NCBI RefSeq assembly: GCF_050320075.1
Contig: NZ_CP190018.1
From: Escherichia coli
GTDB lineage: Bacteria > Pseudomonadota > Gammaproteobacteria > Enterobacterales > Enterobacteriaceae
Reading direction: 5' to 3' (one strand)
DNA length: 64,000 nt
Made by a program: the position numbers and the translations under genes. Position 1 is the stretch's first letter; each line of letters begins with the position of its first letter. The notes under the pieces are model-generated. The model searched no databases, was not told where the DNA came from, and saw only the letters and a program-made list of their open reading frames with translations. Below are positions 1 to 15,585 of the stretch, in pieces.

Positions 1-624
1 GATTTCCAGCGGGTTGTGCAACAGTTTTTCCGCCAGAGCTTTAATATCGTCAGAGAAGGTCGCGGAGAACAACAGGTTCTGGCGCTTCGCAGGTAGTTTT
101 GTTAACACGCGACGGATATCGTGGATAAAGCCCATGTCGAGCATGCGGTCAGCTTCATCGAGGACGAGGATTTCAACCTGATCCAGCTTCACCGCATTCT
201 GATGTTCCAGGTCCAGCAGACGTCCCGGCGTTGCAACCAGCACATCAACGCCGCCGCGCAACTTCATCATCTGCGGGTTAATGCTGACACCGCCAAACAC
301 CACCAGCGAACGAATGTTCAGGTATTTGCTGTAATCACGGACGTTTTCGCCAATCTGCGCCGCCAGTTCACGGGTCGGGGTAAGAATGAGCGCACGTACC
401 GGACGACGCCCTTTGGCGTGCGGCTGGCGAGTGATCAGGTGTTGCAACAGCGGCAGCGTAAAGCCCGCTGTTTTGCCGGTGCCAGTCTGGGCGCTAGCCA
501 TCAGGTCGCGGCCTTCCAGCACCGCAGGGATCGCCTGCTGCTGAATAGGGGTGGGTTCACGGTAACCCTGCTCGGCAACGGCGCGCAGGATATCAGGGCT
601 TAAACCCAAAGAATCGAAAGACAT
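1..624 (-). CDS. rhlE: ATP-dependent RNA helicase RhlE, N-terminal part (gene runs off the window start)
   Basis: Minus-strand frame starting at ATG 624-622 reads [28 protein letters not shown]... with DEAD-box helicase motifs; the listed + strand ORF 121..603 is its antisense shadow. Confidence 0.9.
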
Positions 625-852
625 AACTACTCCGAACCGCCCCGACCGTTACCGGTGTAGTTTTCAGGGAGATACTGAAAAGGAAAATGACAAAAACCAC
701 AATGTCATGAGGGAGCGGAGTGTAGCAGTTTTTGTGACGCAGCGCATAAATTATCCCTGTGACTGGCGTTGCTAAAATTCTTAGCCATACTGGACAACTC
801 CCATATGGAGTCATAATCTTAATCAATCATTTGATTAAGAATGGACTGTGCG

Positions 853-4243
<3,391 letters not shown>

Positions 4244-4251
<8 letters not shown>

Positions 4252-5377
4252 TCCGATCCTGTCCTGGCGTCGCGTGCGGGCGCTGTGCGTCAAAGAGACA
4301 CGGCAGATCGTTCGCGATCCGAGTAGCTGGCTGATTGCGGTAGTGATCCCTCTGCTGCTGCTGTTTATTTTTGGCTACGGCATTAACCTCGACTCCAGCA
4401 AGCTGCGGGTCGGGATATTGCTGGAACAGCGTAGCGAAGCGGCGCTGGATTTCACCCACACCATGACAGGTTCGCCCTACATCGACGCCACCATCAGCGA
4501 TAACCGTCAGGAACTGATCGCCAAAATGCAGGCGGGGAAAATTCGCGGTCTGGTGGTTATTCCGGTGGATTTCGCCGAACAGATGGAGCGCGCCAACGCC
4601 ACCGCACCGATTCAGGTGATCACCGACGGCAGTGAGCCGAATACCGCTAACTTTGTGCAGGGGTATGTCGAAGGGATCTGGCAGATCTGGCAAATGCAGC
4701 GAGCGGAGGACAACGGGCAGACTTTTGAACCGCTTATTGATGTACAAACCCGCTACTGGTTTAACCCGGCGGCGATTAGCCAGCACTTCATTATCCCCGG
4801 TGCGGTGACCATCATCATGACGGTCATCGGCGCGATTCTCACCTCGCTGGTGGTGGCGCGAGAATGGGAACGCGGCACCATGGAGGCTCTGCTCTCTACG
4901 GAGATTACCCGCACGGAACTGCTGCTGTGTAAGCTCATACCCTACTATTTCCTCGGGATGCTGGCGATGTTGCTGTGTATGCTGGTGTCGGTGTTTATTC
5001 TCGGCGTGCCGTATCGCGGGTCGCTGCTGATTCTGTTTTTTATCTCCAGCCTGTTTTTACTCAGTACCCTGGGGATGGGGCTGCTTATTTCCACGATTAC
5101 CCGCAACCAGTTCAATGCCGCTCAGGTCGCCCTGAACGCGGCTTTTCTGCCGTCGATTATGCTTTCCGGCTTTATTTTTCAGATCGACAGTATGCCCGCG
5201 GTGATCCGCGCGGTGACGTACATTATTCCCGCACGTTATTTCGTCAGCACCCTGCAAAGCCTGTTTCTCGCCGGGAATATTCCGGTGGTGCTGGTGGTGA
5301 ACGTACTGTTTTTGATCGCTTCGGCGGTGATGTTTATCGGCCTGACGTGGCTGAAAACCAAACGTCGGCTGGATTAG
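4244..5377 (+). CDS. ybhS: ABC-2 type transporter permease YbhS
   Basis: 377 aa polytopic membrane protein, overlaps ybhF stop; conserved operon order. Confidence 0.9.
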
Positions 5378-5387
5378 GGAGAAGAGC

Positions 5388-6494
5388 ATGTTTCATCGCT
5401 TATGGACGTTAATCCGCAAAGAGTTGCAGTCGCTGCTGCGCGAACCGCAAACCCGTGCGATTCTTATTTTACCCGTGCTGATTCAGGTGATCCTGTTCCC
5501 GTTCGCCGCCACGCTGGAAGTGACTAACGCCACCATCGCCATCTACGATGAAGATAACGGCGAGCATTCGGTGGAGCTGACCCAACGTTTTGCCCGCGCC
5601 AGCGCCTTTACTCATGTGCTGCTGCTGAAAAGCCCACAGGAGATCCGCCCAACCATCGACACACAAAAGGCGTTACTACTGGTGCGTTTCCCGGCTGACT
5701 TCTCGCGCAAACTGGATACCTTCCAGACCGCGCCGTTGCAGTTGATCCTCGACGGGCGTAACTCCAACAGTGCGCAAATTGCCGCCAACTACCTGCAACA
5801 GATCGTCAAAAATTATCAGCAGGAGCTGCTGGAAGGAAAACCGAAACCTAACAACAGCGAGCTGGTGGTACGCAACTGGTATAACCCGAATCTCGACTAC
5901 AAATGGTTTGTGGTGCCGTCGCTGATCGCCATGATCACCACTATCGGCGTAATGATCGTCACTTCACTTTCTGTTGCCCGCGAACGTGAACAAGGTACGC
6001 TCGATCAGCTACTGGTTTCGCCGCTCACCACCTGGCAGATCTTCATCGGCAAGGCCGTACCGGCATTAATTGTCGCCACCTTCCAGGCCACCATTGTGCT
6101 GGCGATTGGTATCTGGGCGTATCAAATCCCCTTCGCCGGATCGCTGGCGCTGTTCTACTTTACGATGGTGATTTACGGTTTATCGCTGGTGGGATTCGGT
6201 CTGTTGATTTCATCACTCTGCTCGACACAACAGCAGGCGTTTATCGGCGTGTTTGTTTTTATGATGCCCGCCATTCTCCTTTCCGGTTACGTTTCTCCGG
6301 TGGAAAACATGCCAGTATGGCTGCAAAACCTGACGTGGATTAACCCTATTCGCCACTTTACGGACATTACCAAGCAGATTTATTTGAAGGATGCGAGTCT
6401 GGATATTGTGTGGAATAGTTTGTGGCCGCTACTGGTGATAACGGCCACGACAGGGTCAGCGGCGTACGCGATGTTTAGACGTAAGGTGATGTAA
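5388..6494 (+). CDS. ybhR: ABC-2 type transporter permease YbhR
   Basis: 368 aa polytopic membrane protein paralogous to YbhS. Confidence 0.9.
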
Positions 6495-6866
6495 CTTCTT
6501 ATCTTTCGCCAGCAAAGACACCACCGCCGGGCCGGCAAGGATTGCCAGCCCTGCAATCGCCAGCAAAAAGTTGTTTTCCAGTACACGGGACAATAGCCAC
6601 AGCACAATCAGCGCTGCGCCAAAATACCAGGTCGTGGTCAGCTCTTCCAGCACGTCTGCCACCTCACGCCAGCGTTGCTCGGGGTGGCGCTGAAACACCA
6701 GCATCATCACTACCGTGACACAATACAGTGCGCATAATCCCACGCCGACGTGAACCAGAGTCTTACTCATCCAGCCCACCACCAGCAGCGCCACTACCAG
6801 TAAATGCAACATAATCTGCCAGCAACTTAGACCCGTTGCGACACGAACACGTTGTTGCCACTTCAT
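6456..6866 (-). CDS. ybhQ: inner membrane protein YbhQ
   Basis: 136 aa, four hydrophobic segments; convergent with ybhR, 3' ends overlap. Confidence 0.85.
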
Positions 6867-6998
6867 GGCTTCTCTCCTGAAGAATTTATCTCTACTTACT
6901 CAGAGTACCGAACTTTACGGAAAATTCCGTAAGACCGCACCTTTTTGTGACGCCGACTACACTATTTCAATGAGATAAGAGGCAAAGACAGGAAAATT

Positions 6999-7760
6999 AT
7001 GCCCGATCAAACACAACAATTTTCGTTCAAGGTGCTCACCATCAATATTCACAAAGGCTTTACCGCGTTTAACCGACGCTTCATTTTGCCGGAACTTCGC
7101 GACGCCGTGCGTACCGTCAGCGCCGATATTGTTTGCCTGCAGGAAGTGATGGGCGCGCACGAAGTTCATCCGCTGCATGTGGAAAACTGGCCCGATACCT
7201 CGCACTACGAGTTTCTCGCCGACACTATGTGGAGCGATTTTGCCTACGGTCGCAATGCCGTATACCCGGAAGGGCATCACGGTAACGCCGTACTGTCGCG
7301 CTATCCCATTGAACATTATGAAAACCGCGATGTTTCGGTCGATGGTGCGGAAAAGCGCGGCGTGCTCTACTGCCGCATTGTGCCGCCGATGACCGGAAAA
7401 GCGATTCATGTAATGTGCGTACATTTGGGCCTGCGTGAGGCGCACCGTCAGGCGCAGCTTGCGATGCTCGCCGAATGGGTGAATGAGCTACCGGACGGCG
7501 AACCGGTATTGGTGGCGGGTGATTTCAATGACTGGCGGCAAAAAGCTAATCATCCGTTAAAAGTGCAGGCCGGACTGGATGAGATTTTTACCCGCGCCCA
7601 CGGACGCCCGGCGCGCACGTTTCCGGTGCAATTTCCTCTACTACGACTGGACAGGATCTACGTCAAAAATGCCAGCGCCAGCGCGCCAACCGCGTTGCCG
7701 CTGCGGACATGGCGACACCTTTCTGATCATGCCCCTTTAAGTGCGGAGATTCATTTATGA
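6999..7760 (+). CDS. ybhP: endonuclease/exonuclease/phosphatase-family protein YbhP
   Basis: 253 aa; EEP-fold motifs ([24 protein letters not shown]). Confidence 0.9.
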
Positions 7761-8998
7761 AATGTAGCTGGCGCGAAGGCAATAAGATCCAGTTGCTGGA
7801 AAACGGCGAGCAATATTATCCCGCGGTGTTTAAGGCGATTGGCGAGGCACAAGAACGCATCATTCTTGAAACGTTTATCTGGTTTGAGGATGACGTCGGC
7901 AAACAACTGCATGCGGCACTACTGGCAGCAGCGCAACGCGGGGTAAAAGCGGAAGTCTTACTTGATGGCTACGGTTCGCCGGATCTCAGCGATGAGTTTG
8001 TCAATGAACTGACGGCCGCTGGCGTGGTGTTCCGCTACTACGATCCCCGCCCTCGCCTTTTTGGTATGCGCACCAATGTGTTTCGCCGGATGCATCGCAA
8101 AATTGTGGTGATCGACGCGCATATCGCCTTTATTGGCGGGCTGAATTACTCCGCCGAGCATATGTCCAGCTACGGTCCAGAGGCTAAACAGGATTACGCG
8201 GTGCGCCTTGAAGGGCCGATTGTCGAAGATATTCTGCAATTTGAACTGGAAAACCTGCCAGGACAGAGCGCGGCACGACGCTGGTGGCGACGTCATCACA
8301 AAGCGGAAGAGAACCGCCAGCCGGGAGAAGCGCAGGTATTGCTGGTCTGGCGCGATAACGAAGAACATCGCGATGATATTGAACGTCACTATCTGAAAAT
8401 GCTCACTCAGGCACGGCGGGAAGTGATTATCGCCAACGCCTACTTCTTCCCCGGCTATCGATTTTTACACGCCTTGCGTAAAGCGGCACGGCGCGGGGTG
8501 CGGATCAAACTGATCATTCAGGGCGAACCGGATATGCCGATTGTCAGAGTCGGCGCGCGCTTGCTGTATAACTATCTGGTTAAAGGCGGCGTTCAGGTTT
8601 TTGAGTATCGCCGCCGCCCGCTCCACGGCAAAGTGGCGTTGATGGACGATCACTGGGCGACGGTAGGGTCCAGTAATCTCGATCCGCTCAGTTTGTCACT
8701 GAATCTCGAAGCAAATGTCATCATCCACGATCGTCATTTTAACCAGACGCTGCGCGATAATCTGAACGGCATTATCGCCGCAGACTGCCAGCAGGTGGAT
8801 GAAACCATGCTGCCGAAACGCACCTGGTGGAATCTGACCAAAAGCGTGCTGGCCTTCCACTTTTTACGCCACTTCCCGGCGCTGGTCGGCTGGCTTCCGG
8901 CACACACACCACGTCTGGCGCAGGTTGACCCGCCCGCTCAGCCGACAATGGAAACGCAGGATCGGGTAGAAACTGAAAACACGGGGGTAAAACCCTGA
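7757..8998 (+). CDS. clsB: cardiolipin synthase B (phospholipase D family)
   Basis: 413 aa with two HKD motifs ([18 protein letters not shown] and [18 protein letters not shown]); start overlaps ybhP stop. Confidence 0.92.
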
Positions 8999-9954
8999 TG
9001 AGTAAATCACACCCACGCTGGCGCTTAGCAAAGAAGATCCTCACCTGGCTGTTTTTTATCGCGGTGATAGTGTTGCTGGTGGTCTACGCCAAAAAGGTGG
9101 ACTGGGAAGAGGTCTGGAAGGTCATCCGCGACTACAATCGCGTTGCGTTGCTCAGTGCGGTCGGGCTGGTGGTCGTCAGTTATCTGATTTACGGCTGCTA
9201 TGATCTGCTCGCCCGCTTTTACTGCGGTCACAAACTGGCGAAGCGCCAGGTGATGCTGGTGTCGTTTATCTGCTACGCCTTCAACCTGACGCTCAGTACC
9301 TGGGTCGGCGGCATTGGTATGCGCTATCGTTTGTACTCCCGGCTAGGGTTACCGGGCAGCACTATTACGCGGATTTTCTCGCTCAGTATTACCACCAACT
9401 GGCTGGGCTATATTTTACTGGCAGGGATTATCTTTACCGCAGGCGTGGTGGAGTTGCCGGATCACTGGTATGTCGATCAAACCACGCTGCGTATTCTCGG
9501 CATTGGCTTATTGATGATTATCGCGGTTTATTTGTGGTTTTGCGCTTTCGCGAAGCACCGCCATATGACCATCAAAGGACAAAAGCTGGTGCTGCCTTCA
9601 TGGAAATTTGCCCTCGCCCAGATGCTGATTTCCAGCGTTAACTGGATGGTAATGGGGGCGATTATCTGGCTGTTACTTGGTCAAAGCGTGAACTATTTCT
9701 TTGTACTGGGCGTGTTACTGGTTAGTAGTATTGCTGGCGTCATCGTGCATATTCCGGCGGGGATTGGTGTGCTGGAAGCGGTATTTATCGCGCTACTGGC
9801 TGGGGAGCATACCTCGAAAGGGAGCATTATCGCCGCCCTGCTCGCTTATCGCGTCCTGTATTACTTTATCCCGCTGCTGCTGGCGCTGATCTGTTACCTG
9901 CTACTGGAAAGCCAGGCGAAGAAGCTACGAGCGAAAAATGAAGCGGCGATGTGA
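8998..9954 (+). CDS. ybhN: inner membrane protein YbhN (lysylphosphatidylglycerol-synthase-like TM domain family)
   Basis: 318 aa polytopic membrane protein, ATGA overlap with clsB stop. Confidence 0.88.
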   Translation: MSKSHPRWRLAKKILTWLFFIAVIVLLVVYAKKVDWEEVWKVIRDYNRVALLSAVGLVVVSYLIYGCYDLLARFYCGHKLAKRQVMLVSFICYAFNLTLSTWVGGIGMRYRLYSRLGLPGSTITRIFSLSITTNWLGYILLAGIIFTAGVVELPDHWYVDQTTLRILGIGLLMIIAVYLWFCAFAKHRHMTIKGQKLVLPSWKFALAQMLISSVNWMVMGAIIWLLLGQSVNYFFVLGVLLVSSIAGVIVHIPAGIGVLEAVFIALLAGEHTSKGSIIAALLAYRVLYYFIPLLLALICYLLLESQAKKLRAKNEAAM

Positions 9955-9989
9955 AGTTTAGTTAAGTTCTTTAGTATGTGCATTTACGA

Positions 9990-10406
9990 CTAATGAAAAA
10001 AACGCGTATGCCTTTGCCAGACAAGCGTTATAGCTATCGCGGCAAGTATCCCAAAGAAGCCGATAAAATAGTAATAGAGTGTTAATGCACCTGTAAAAGC
10101 GCAACGAACCGGACTCCACAACTCTTCGCTATGGCATTTTCCTGCCAGTTCAAGGAGCTTATTTCGTCCATGCGAGATAATGCCTGACCATAACACTATC
10201 ATTAAGCAACTTATTACCCAAACGGGTCGTTCACTCATTAATGCGGCATCCATGATGATCACCAGGGCCAGCTCTGCGGTTGCCACCATACCCAAAGCGG
10301 TAATGAGCCATATACCGTTTAATATCCTGGCCTCGTGCTGAAAATCTAATTTATTGCTGTTTTGCGAGTATGATTCCATTCTTTTAGTTGTCCTTAGAAA
10401 AAACAT
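9990..10406 (-). CDS. hypothetical small polytopic membrane protein in the ybhM position
   Basis: 138-aa ORF, AT-rich codon usage, 3-4 hydrophobic segments; sits between ybhN and ybhL where K-12 has ybhM; identity to YbhM not confirmed. Confidence 0.5.
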   Translation of the reverse strand: MFFLRTTKRMESYSQNSNKLDFQHEARILNGIWLITALGMVATAELALVIIMDAALMSERPVWVISCLMIVLWSGIISHGRNKLLELAGKCHSEELWSPVRCAFTGALTLYYYFIGFFGILAAIAITLVWQRHTRFFH

Positions 10407-10583
10407 TAATATTCACCATCAATAAATTTAAAACCACGCATACAAAATATTTTTGTATTTATGGATACGGAAAACACTTCCGCTCGGCCATAAGGCATAT
10501 TTTATACCTGGTACTTGTTAAGTGTCGTTTTTAGTAAGAAAAAAATCCCGACACATGGCCGGGATATTGATGGTGAAAAAGAA

Positions 10584-11288
10584 TTAACGGCGGTTGCCGA
10601 AGATCCGCAACAACATCAGGAACAAGTTGATGAAGTCCAGATACAAGGTTAACGCGCCAAGAATGGAATATTTGCGCAGGTTCGACGTGTCGCGGGTATC
10701 AATCTGCTCACCCATATTTTTCAATTTCTGAGTGTCATACGCCGTCAATCCGACAAAGACAATCACGCCGATGTAGGTAACTGCCCACATCAATGCTTCG
10801 CTTTTCAGCCAGAAGTTGACCAGCGATGCCAGCACAATGCCGATTAACGCCATAAACAGCATATTGCCAAAGCCGCTTAGATCGCGCTTCGTGGTGTAAC
10901 CGTACAGGCTCATTGCGCCAAACATCCCGGCAGTAACGACGAAAGTACTGGCGATAGAAGCAGCGGTATAGACAATGAAAATACTGGAAAGCGTAAGACC
11001 CGTCAGCGCCGAATAAAGCATAAAGAGCATCGTCGTTACACCTGCGCTCAGCTTTTGAATCATCGCTGATAACACAATAACCAATGCTAATTGCGCGATG
11101 ATCAGACCGATTAAAAAGACACGGTTAGTGAACAACAGCTCCATCACGGCCGCGGAATTAGCCGCATACCAGGCAACAAATGCGGTCAGCAACAAGCCAA
11201 CGGTCATCCAGCCATAGACTTGCGCCATATAAGTTTGCAAGCCAGCCCGGGGTTGTACAATTGAATCAGAACGTGGGAATCTGTCCAT
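10584..11288 (-). CDS. ybhL: Bax-inhibitor-1 family inner membrane protein YbhL
   Basis: ORF 10584..11369; 234-aa product from internal Met MDRFPRSDSIVQPRAGLQTYMAQVYGWM, seven hydrophobic segments. Confidence 0.88.
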   Translation of the reverse strand: MDRFPRSDSIVQPRAGLQTYMAQVYGWMTVGLLLTAFVAWYAANSAAVMELLFTNRVFLIGLIIAQLALVIVLSAMIQKLSAGVTTMLFMLYSALTGLTLSSIFIVYTAASIASTFVVTAGMFGAMSLYGYTTKRDLSGFGNMLFMALIGIVLASLVNFWLKSEALMWAVTYIGVIVFVGLTAYDTQKLKNMGEQIDTRDTSNLRKYSILGALTLYLDFINLFLMLLRIFGNRR

Positions 11289-11424
11289 GACGATCTCCTG
11301 AAGATATAAGGAATATCTTAAGGATACTGCAAAATGATGAGGCTGTGCATCGACGCAGCGTAAACGCATGTACTGAGCGGTGAAATTGCCGGACGCAGCG
11401 GTGCCTTATCCGGCTAACAAAAAA

Positions 11425-11877
11425 CTACCAGCGTTTTGCCGCCTGCTGATCGCTCTCCCGAGCTTCGACCCAGCGGTCGCCTTCCGGCGTGGCTTCGCGC
11501 TTCCAGAACGGTGCGCGGGTTTTGAGATAATCCATAATAAACTGCCCGGCTTCAAACGCACTGCTGCGATGCGCACTGGTGACACCGACAAAAACGATTT
11601 CATCGCCCGGCCATAATTCCCCGATGCGGTGAATCACCGTGACGCGCCCCAGCGGCCAGCGGTTACGCGCTTCATCGACAATTTCTGCCAGTGCTTTTTC
11701 AGTCATCCCCGGATAGTGTTCGAGGGTTAATGCTTTGACGCTGTCGCCAAGGTTATGGTTGCGCACCTTACCGGTAAAGGTGACTACCGCACCGTCTTCA
11801 TCACGCTCCGCCAGCCACGGATACTCTTCTCCTACGCTGAATGGCTGCGGGCCGACAACAATTTTGGTTTCTGCCAT
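11425..11877 (-). CDS. moaE: molybdopterin synthase catalytic subunit MoaE
   Basis: 150 aa, MAETKIVVGPQPFSVGEEYPWLAERDEDGAVVTFTGKVRNHN; last gene of moaABCDE. Confidence 0.95.
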   Translation of the reverse strand: MAETKIVVGPQPFSVGEEYPWLAERDEDGAVVTFTGKVRNHNLGDSVKALTLEHYPGMTEKALAEIVDEARNRWPLGRVTVIHRIGELWPGDEIVFVGVTSAHRSSAFEAGQFIMDYLKTRAPFWKREATPEGDRWVEARESDQQAAKRW

Positions 11878-11878
11878 C

Positions 11879-12124
11879 TTAACCTCCGGTTACCGGCGGG
11901 AAGAAAGCCACTTCGTCGCCGTCAGTCAGCGGATGGTCAAGACTCACCAGCGTCTGGTTGACGGCAGCCAGCAATTTGCCATCTTCCAGCGCCAGCGCCC
12001 AGCGATCGCTCTGCGCAGCCAGATGTTGGCGTAACGCTTCAACGGTTGGGAAATCCGCAGCCACTTCGGTTGCATCTGTTCCCACCAACTCGCGCACCTG
12101 GGCGAAAAAAAGAACTTTAATCAT
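11879..12124 (-). CDS. moaD: molybdopterin synthase sulfur-carrier subunit MoaD
   Basis: 81-aa product from [21 protein letters not shown] ending in the GG motif (…FFPPVTGG). Confidence 0.93.
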
Positions 12125-12602
12125 CCGCTTCCACCTTAAAGTCACCCGACTTGCCGCCGCTCTTCGCCAGCAAACGTACCGGACCAATTACCATATCTTT
12201 TTGCACCGCTTTGCACATGTCATAAATGGTCAGCGCCGCCACGGAGGCCGCGGTTAACGCTTCCATTTCGACACCGGTTTTCCCGGTCAGGCGGCATAAG
12301 GTTTCTATACGTACCCGATTGTGCTCCGGCTCGGCCTGTAAATTGACTTCAACTTTGCTGAGCATCAGCGGGTGACACAGCGGGATCAGATCCCAGGTGC
12401 GTTTTGCCGCCTGAATACCGGCGATACGCGCAGTGGCAAATACGTCGCCTTTGTGGTGGCGACCATCAATAATCATCGCCAGCGTCTCGCTGCGCATGGT
12501 GACAAAGGCTTCCGCCCGCGCTTCACGCACGGTTTCCGCTTTGGCGGAGACATCCACCATGTGTGCTTCGCCAGCGGCGTTGATATGGGTCAGTTGCGAC
12601 AT
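12117..12602 (-). CDS. moaC: cyclic pyranopterin monophosphate synthase MoaC
   Basis: 161-aa product from [21 protein letters not shown]. Confidence 0.93.
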
Positions 12603-12604
12603 AC

Positions 12605-13117
12605 TTATTTCTTCAAATGTGGATGGAAATTGCATGGACGTGTACGGGCATCGAGCTGCGGCGCGATGATATTTTCCCACGCGGTGCGGCACGCTTTGGT
12701 CGAACCCGGCATGGCGAAAATCAGCGTTTTGTTAGCGACGCCCGCTACCGCACGAGATTGCAACGTTGAGGTGCCAATCTCTTCAAACGACAACATCCGG
12801 AACACTTCACCAAAACCTTCAACTTCACGGTCGAACAACGGCAGCAGCGCTTCGGGAGCCTGATCACCTTCCGTCAGGCCAGTACCACCCGTAATCAATA
12901 CCACTTGTACATCGTCGCTGGCGATCCACGCAGATACCTGAGCGCGAATAGCGTAGCGGTTTTCTTTCACAATGGCTTTATCGACAACGTGATGGCCCGC
13001 TTCCTGCGCCGAATCGCGCAGATAGTGACCGGAGGTATCGTCTTCTTCACCACGACGATTAGAAACCGTAAGAATAGCAATACGGGTCGGGATAAATTCA
13101 GTGCTTACCTGACTCAT
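12605..13117 (-). CDS. moaB: molybdenum cofactor biosynthesis protein MoaB
   Basis: 170 aa, [35 protein letters not shown] (MogA/MoaB fold). Confidence 0.93.
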
Positions 13118-13138
13118 CTGATCTCTCCTTTTGACGTT

Positions 13139-14128
13139 TTAGCCGCCAATGTACGATAAGTTTTGCGTAATACCGGTGTTGTTTTGATGCAGGAAATGGG
13201 TCTGTTTCTTCTCCCGCAGCGCCGCTGAAATACGCGCTTCCAGCGCCTGTTGCTGGGTATCGTCTTCCAGCAGATCGCGCAGGTTAACGCCGCCTTCACC
13301 AAACAGGCAGAGATGGAGTTTACCAATGGAGGAAACGCGCAGGCGGTTGCAAGTGGCGCAGAAGTCTTTTTCATACGGCATGATAAGGCCAATCTCTCCG
13401 GCGTAATCCGGATGACAAAAGACTTGCGCGGGACCGTCGCTGCGTTGACGTAATTGGTGGATCCAGCCGCGACGCAGTAGCTCGTCACGCAGAACCTGAC
13501 CAGAGATGTGATGCTTACGGAAGAGCTCGCTGCCCTCACCCGTTTCCATCAATTCGATGAAACGCAGCTGGATAGGGCGATGCTGGATCCAGTTCAGAAA
13601 GGTGTCGAGCTGATGATGATTAACATCACGCATCAGCACGGTATTGACTTTGACCTTTTCAAAACCGGCCTCAAATGCGGCATCGATCCCTGCCATGACC
13701 TGGTTGAATTTATCCTGCCCGGTAATGGCATGAAACTGGTGAGCGTCAAGGCTATCAACGCTGACGTTGATGCCAGTAAGTCCAGCATCGCGCCAGTTCG
13801 CCACATCGCGTTCCAGACGGTAACCATTGGTGGTGACCGCAATCTGGCGGATAGCGTCGTTTTCCCGCACAGCGGCGATGATATCGGTAAAGTCGCGGCG
13901 TAAAGACGGCTCACCACCTGTCAGACGGACTTTTTCGGTGCCAAGACTGGCGAAGGCGCGCGTAACCCGGCGAATTTCATCGACGGTAAGAAAGCCTTTA
14001 TTGGTGACGCCGCTCGGTTTGTAGCCATCCGGCAGGCAGTAGGTGCAACGAAAGTTACACACATCGGTAATCGACAGGCGCAAGTAGTAAAACTTACGCG
14101 CAAATGCATCAGTCAGTTGTGAAGCCAT
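13139..14128 (-). CDS. moaA: GTP 3',8-cyclase MoaA (radical SAM)
   Basis: 329-aa product from [33 protein letters not shown] with the CxxxCxxC radical-SAM motif. Confidence 0.95.
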   Translation of the reverse strand: MASQLTDAFARKFYYLRLSITDVCNFRCTYCLPDGYKPSGVTNKGFLTVDEIRRVTRAFASLGTEKVRLTGGEPSLRRDFTDIIAAVRENDAIRQIAVTTNGYRLERDVANWRDAGLTGINVSVDSLDAHQFHAITGQDKFNQVMAGIDAAFEAGFEKVKVNTVLMRDVNHHQLDTFLNWIQHRPIQLRFIELMETGEGSELFRKHHISGQVLRDELLRRGWIHQLRQRSDGPAQVFCHPDYAGEIGLIMPYEKDFCATCNRLRVSSIGKLHLCLFGEGGVNLRDLLEDDTQQQALEARISAALREKKQTHFLHQNNTGITQNLSYIGG

Positions 14129-14290
14129 GTACACCTTTCCAGATACGGGAGGCGAAGTCATTTCTTCCTTCGCCCTGGTGGCAATCTTTACGAGCATTGT
14201 CACGGCCAAAGCACCGTATCAGTTGACCCAGGTGCAGAGGCTAGAGTGTTTAGTGGTTAAGCCGATACTAGCGTGTAAATGAGATTTTTA
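14129..14290 (-). promoter_or_regulatory. moaA 5' leader; expected position of the molybdenum-cofactor (Moco) riboswitch and moa promoter
   Basis: Placement from established knowledge of the E. coli moaA leader; secondary structure not verified by me. Confidence 0.4.
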
Positions 14291-14464
14291 CCATCCACAC
14301 TTTCGCTATGTAATCATGTATATAGCGTCATGATCGTGCTATTTCGCTACAGAATAAGGGAAAATGGCGGTTTTACTTTGATATACATCATCAGGAAGGC
14401 ATAGCGTACATCGTCCTTTAGAGGTAGAAGAAAATAGTTTGTATCCTCAATATTGGCAGGTTAA

Positions 14465-15433
<969 letters not shown>

Positions 15434-15476
15434 TGTGGCCGAGATTGCTGACCAGGCTTCTGGTGCAATGCGACCT

Positions 15477-15518
15477 GTCCCCCTCACCCTAACCCTCTCT
15501 CCGGAGGGGCGAGGGGAC
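15477..15518. terminator. GC-rich imperfect palindrome between convergent ybhK and uvrB; candidate bidirectional terminator or REP-like element
   Basis: gtccccctcaccctaaccctctctccggaggggcgaggggac can pair ccctc/gaggg and gtcccc/ggggac; a T6 run follows 10 nt downstream on the + strand. Confidence 0.3.
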
Positions 15519-15585
15519 CGTTCGAGCACTTTTTTGACTTGATCGTTAATCTGAGTCGGAAGTACATTCCGGCTTTTTCATCTTG

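Noticed and set aside
121-603. 160-aa + strand ORF at the window start
   Set aside because: Antisense shadow of rhlE, whose minus-strand frame gives a clear DEAD-box helicase N-terminus.
13114-14109. Several ORFs of 60-141 aa on both strands overlapping moaA
   Set aside because: Overlap the conserved radical-SAM MoaA frame; no independent start signals.
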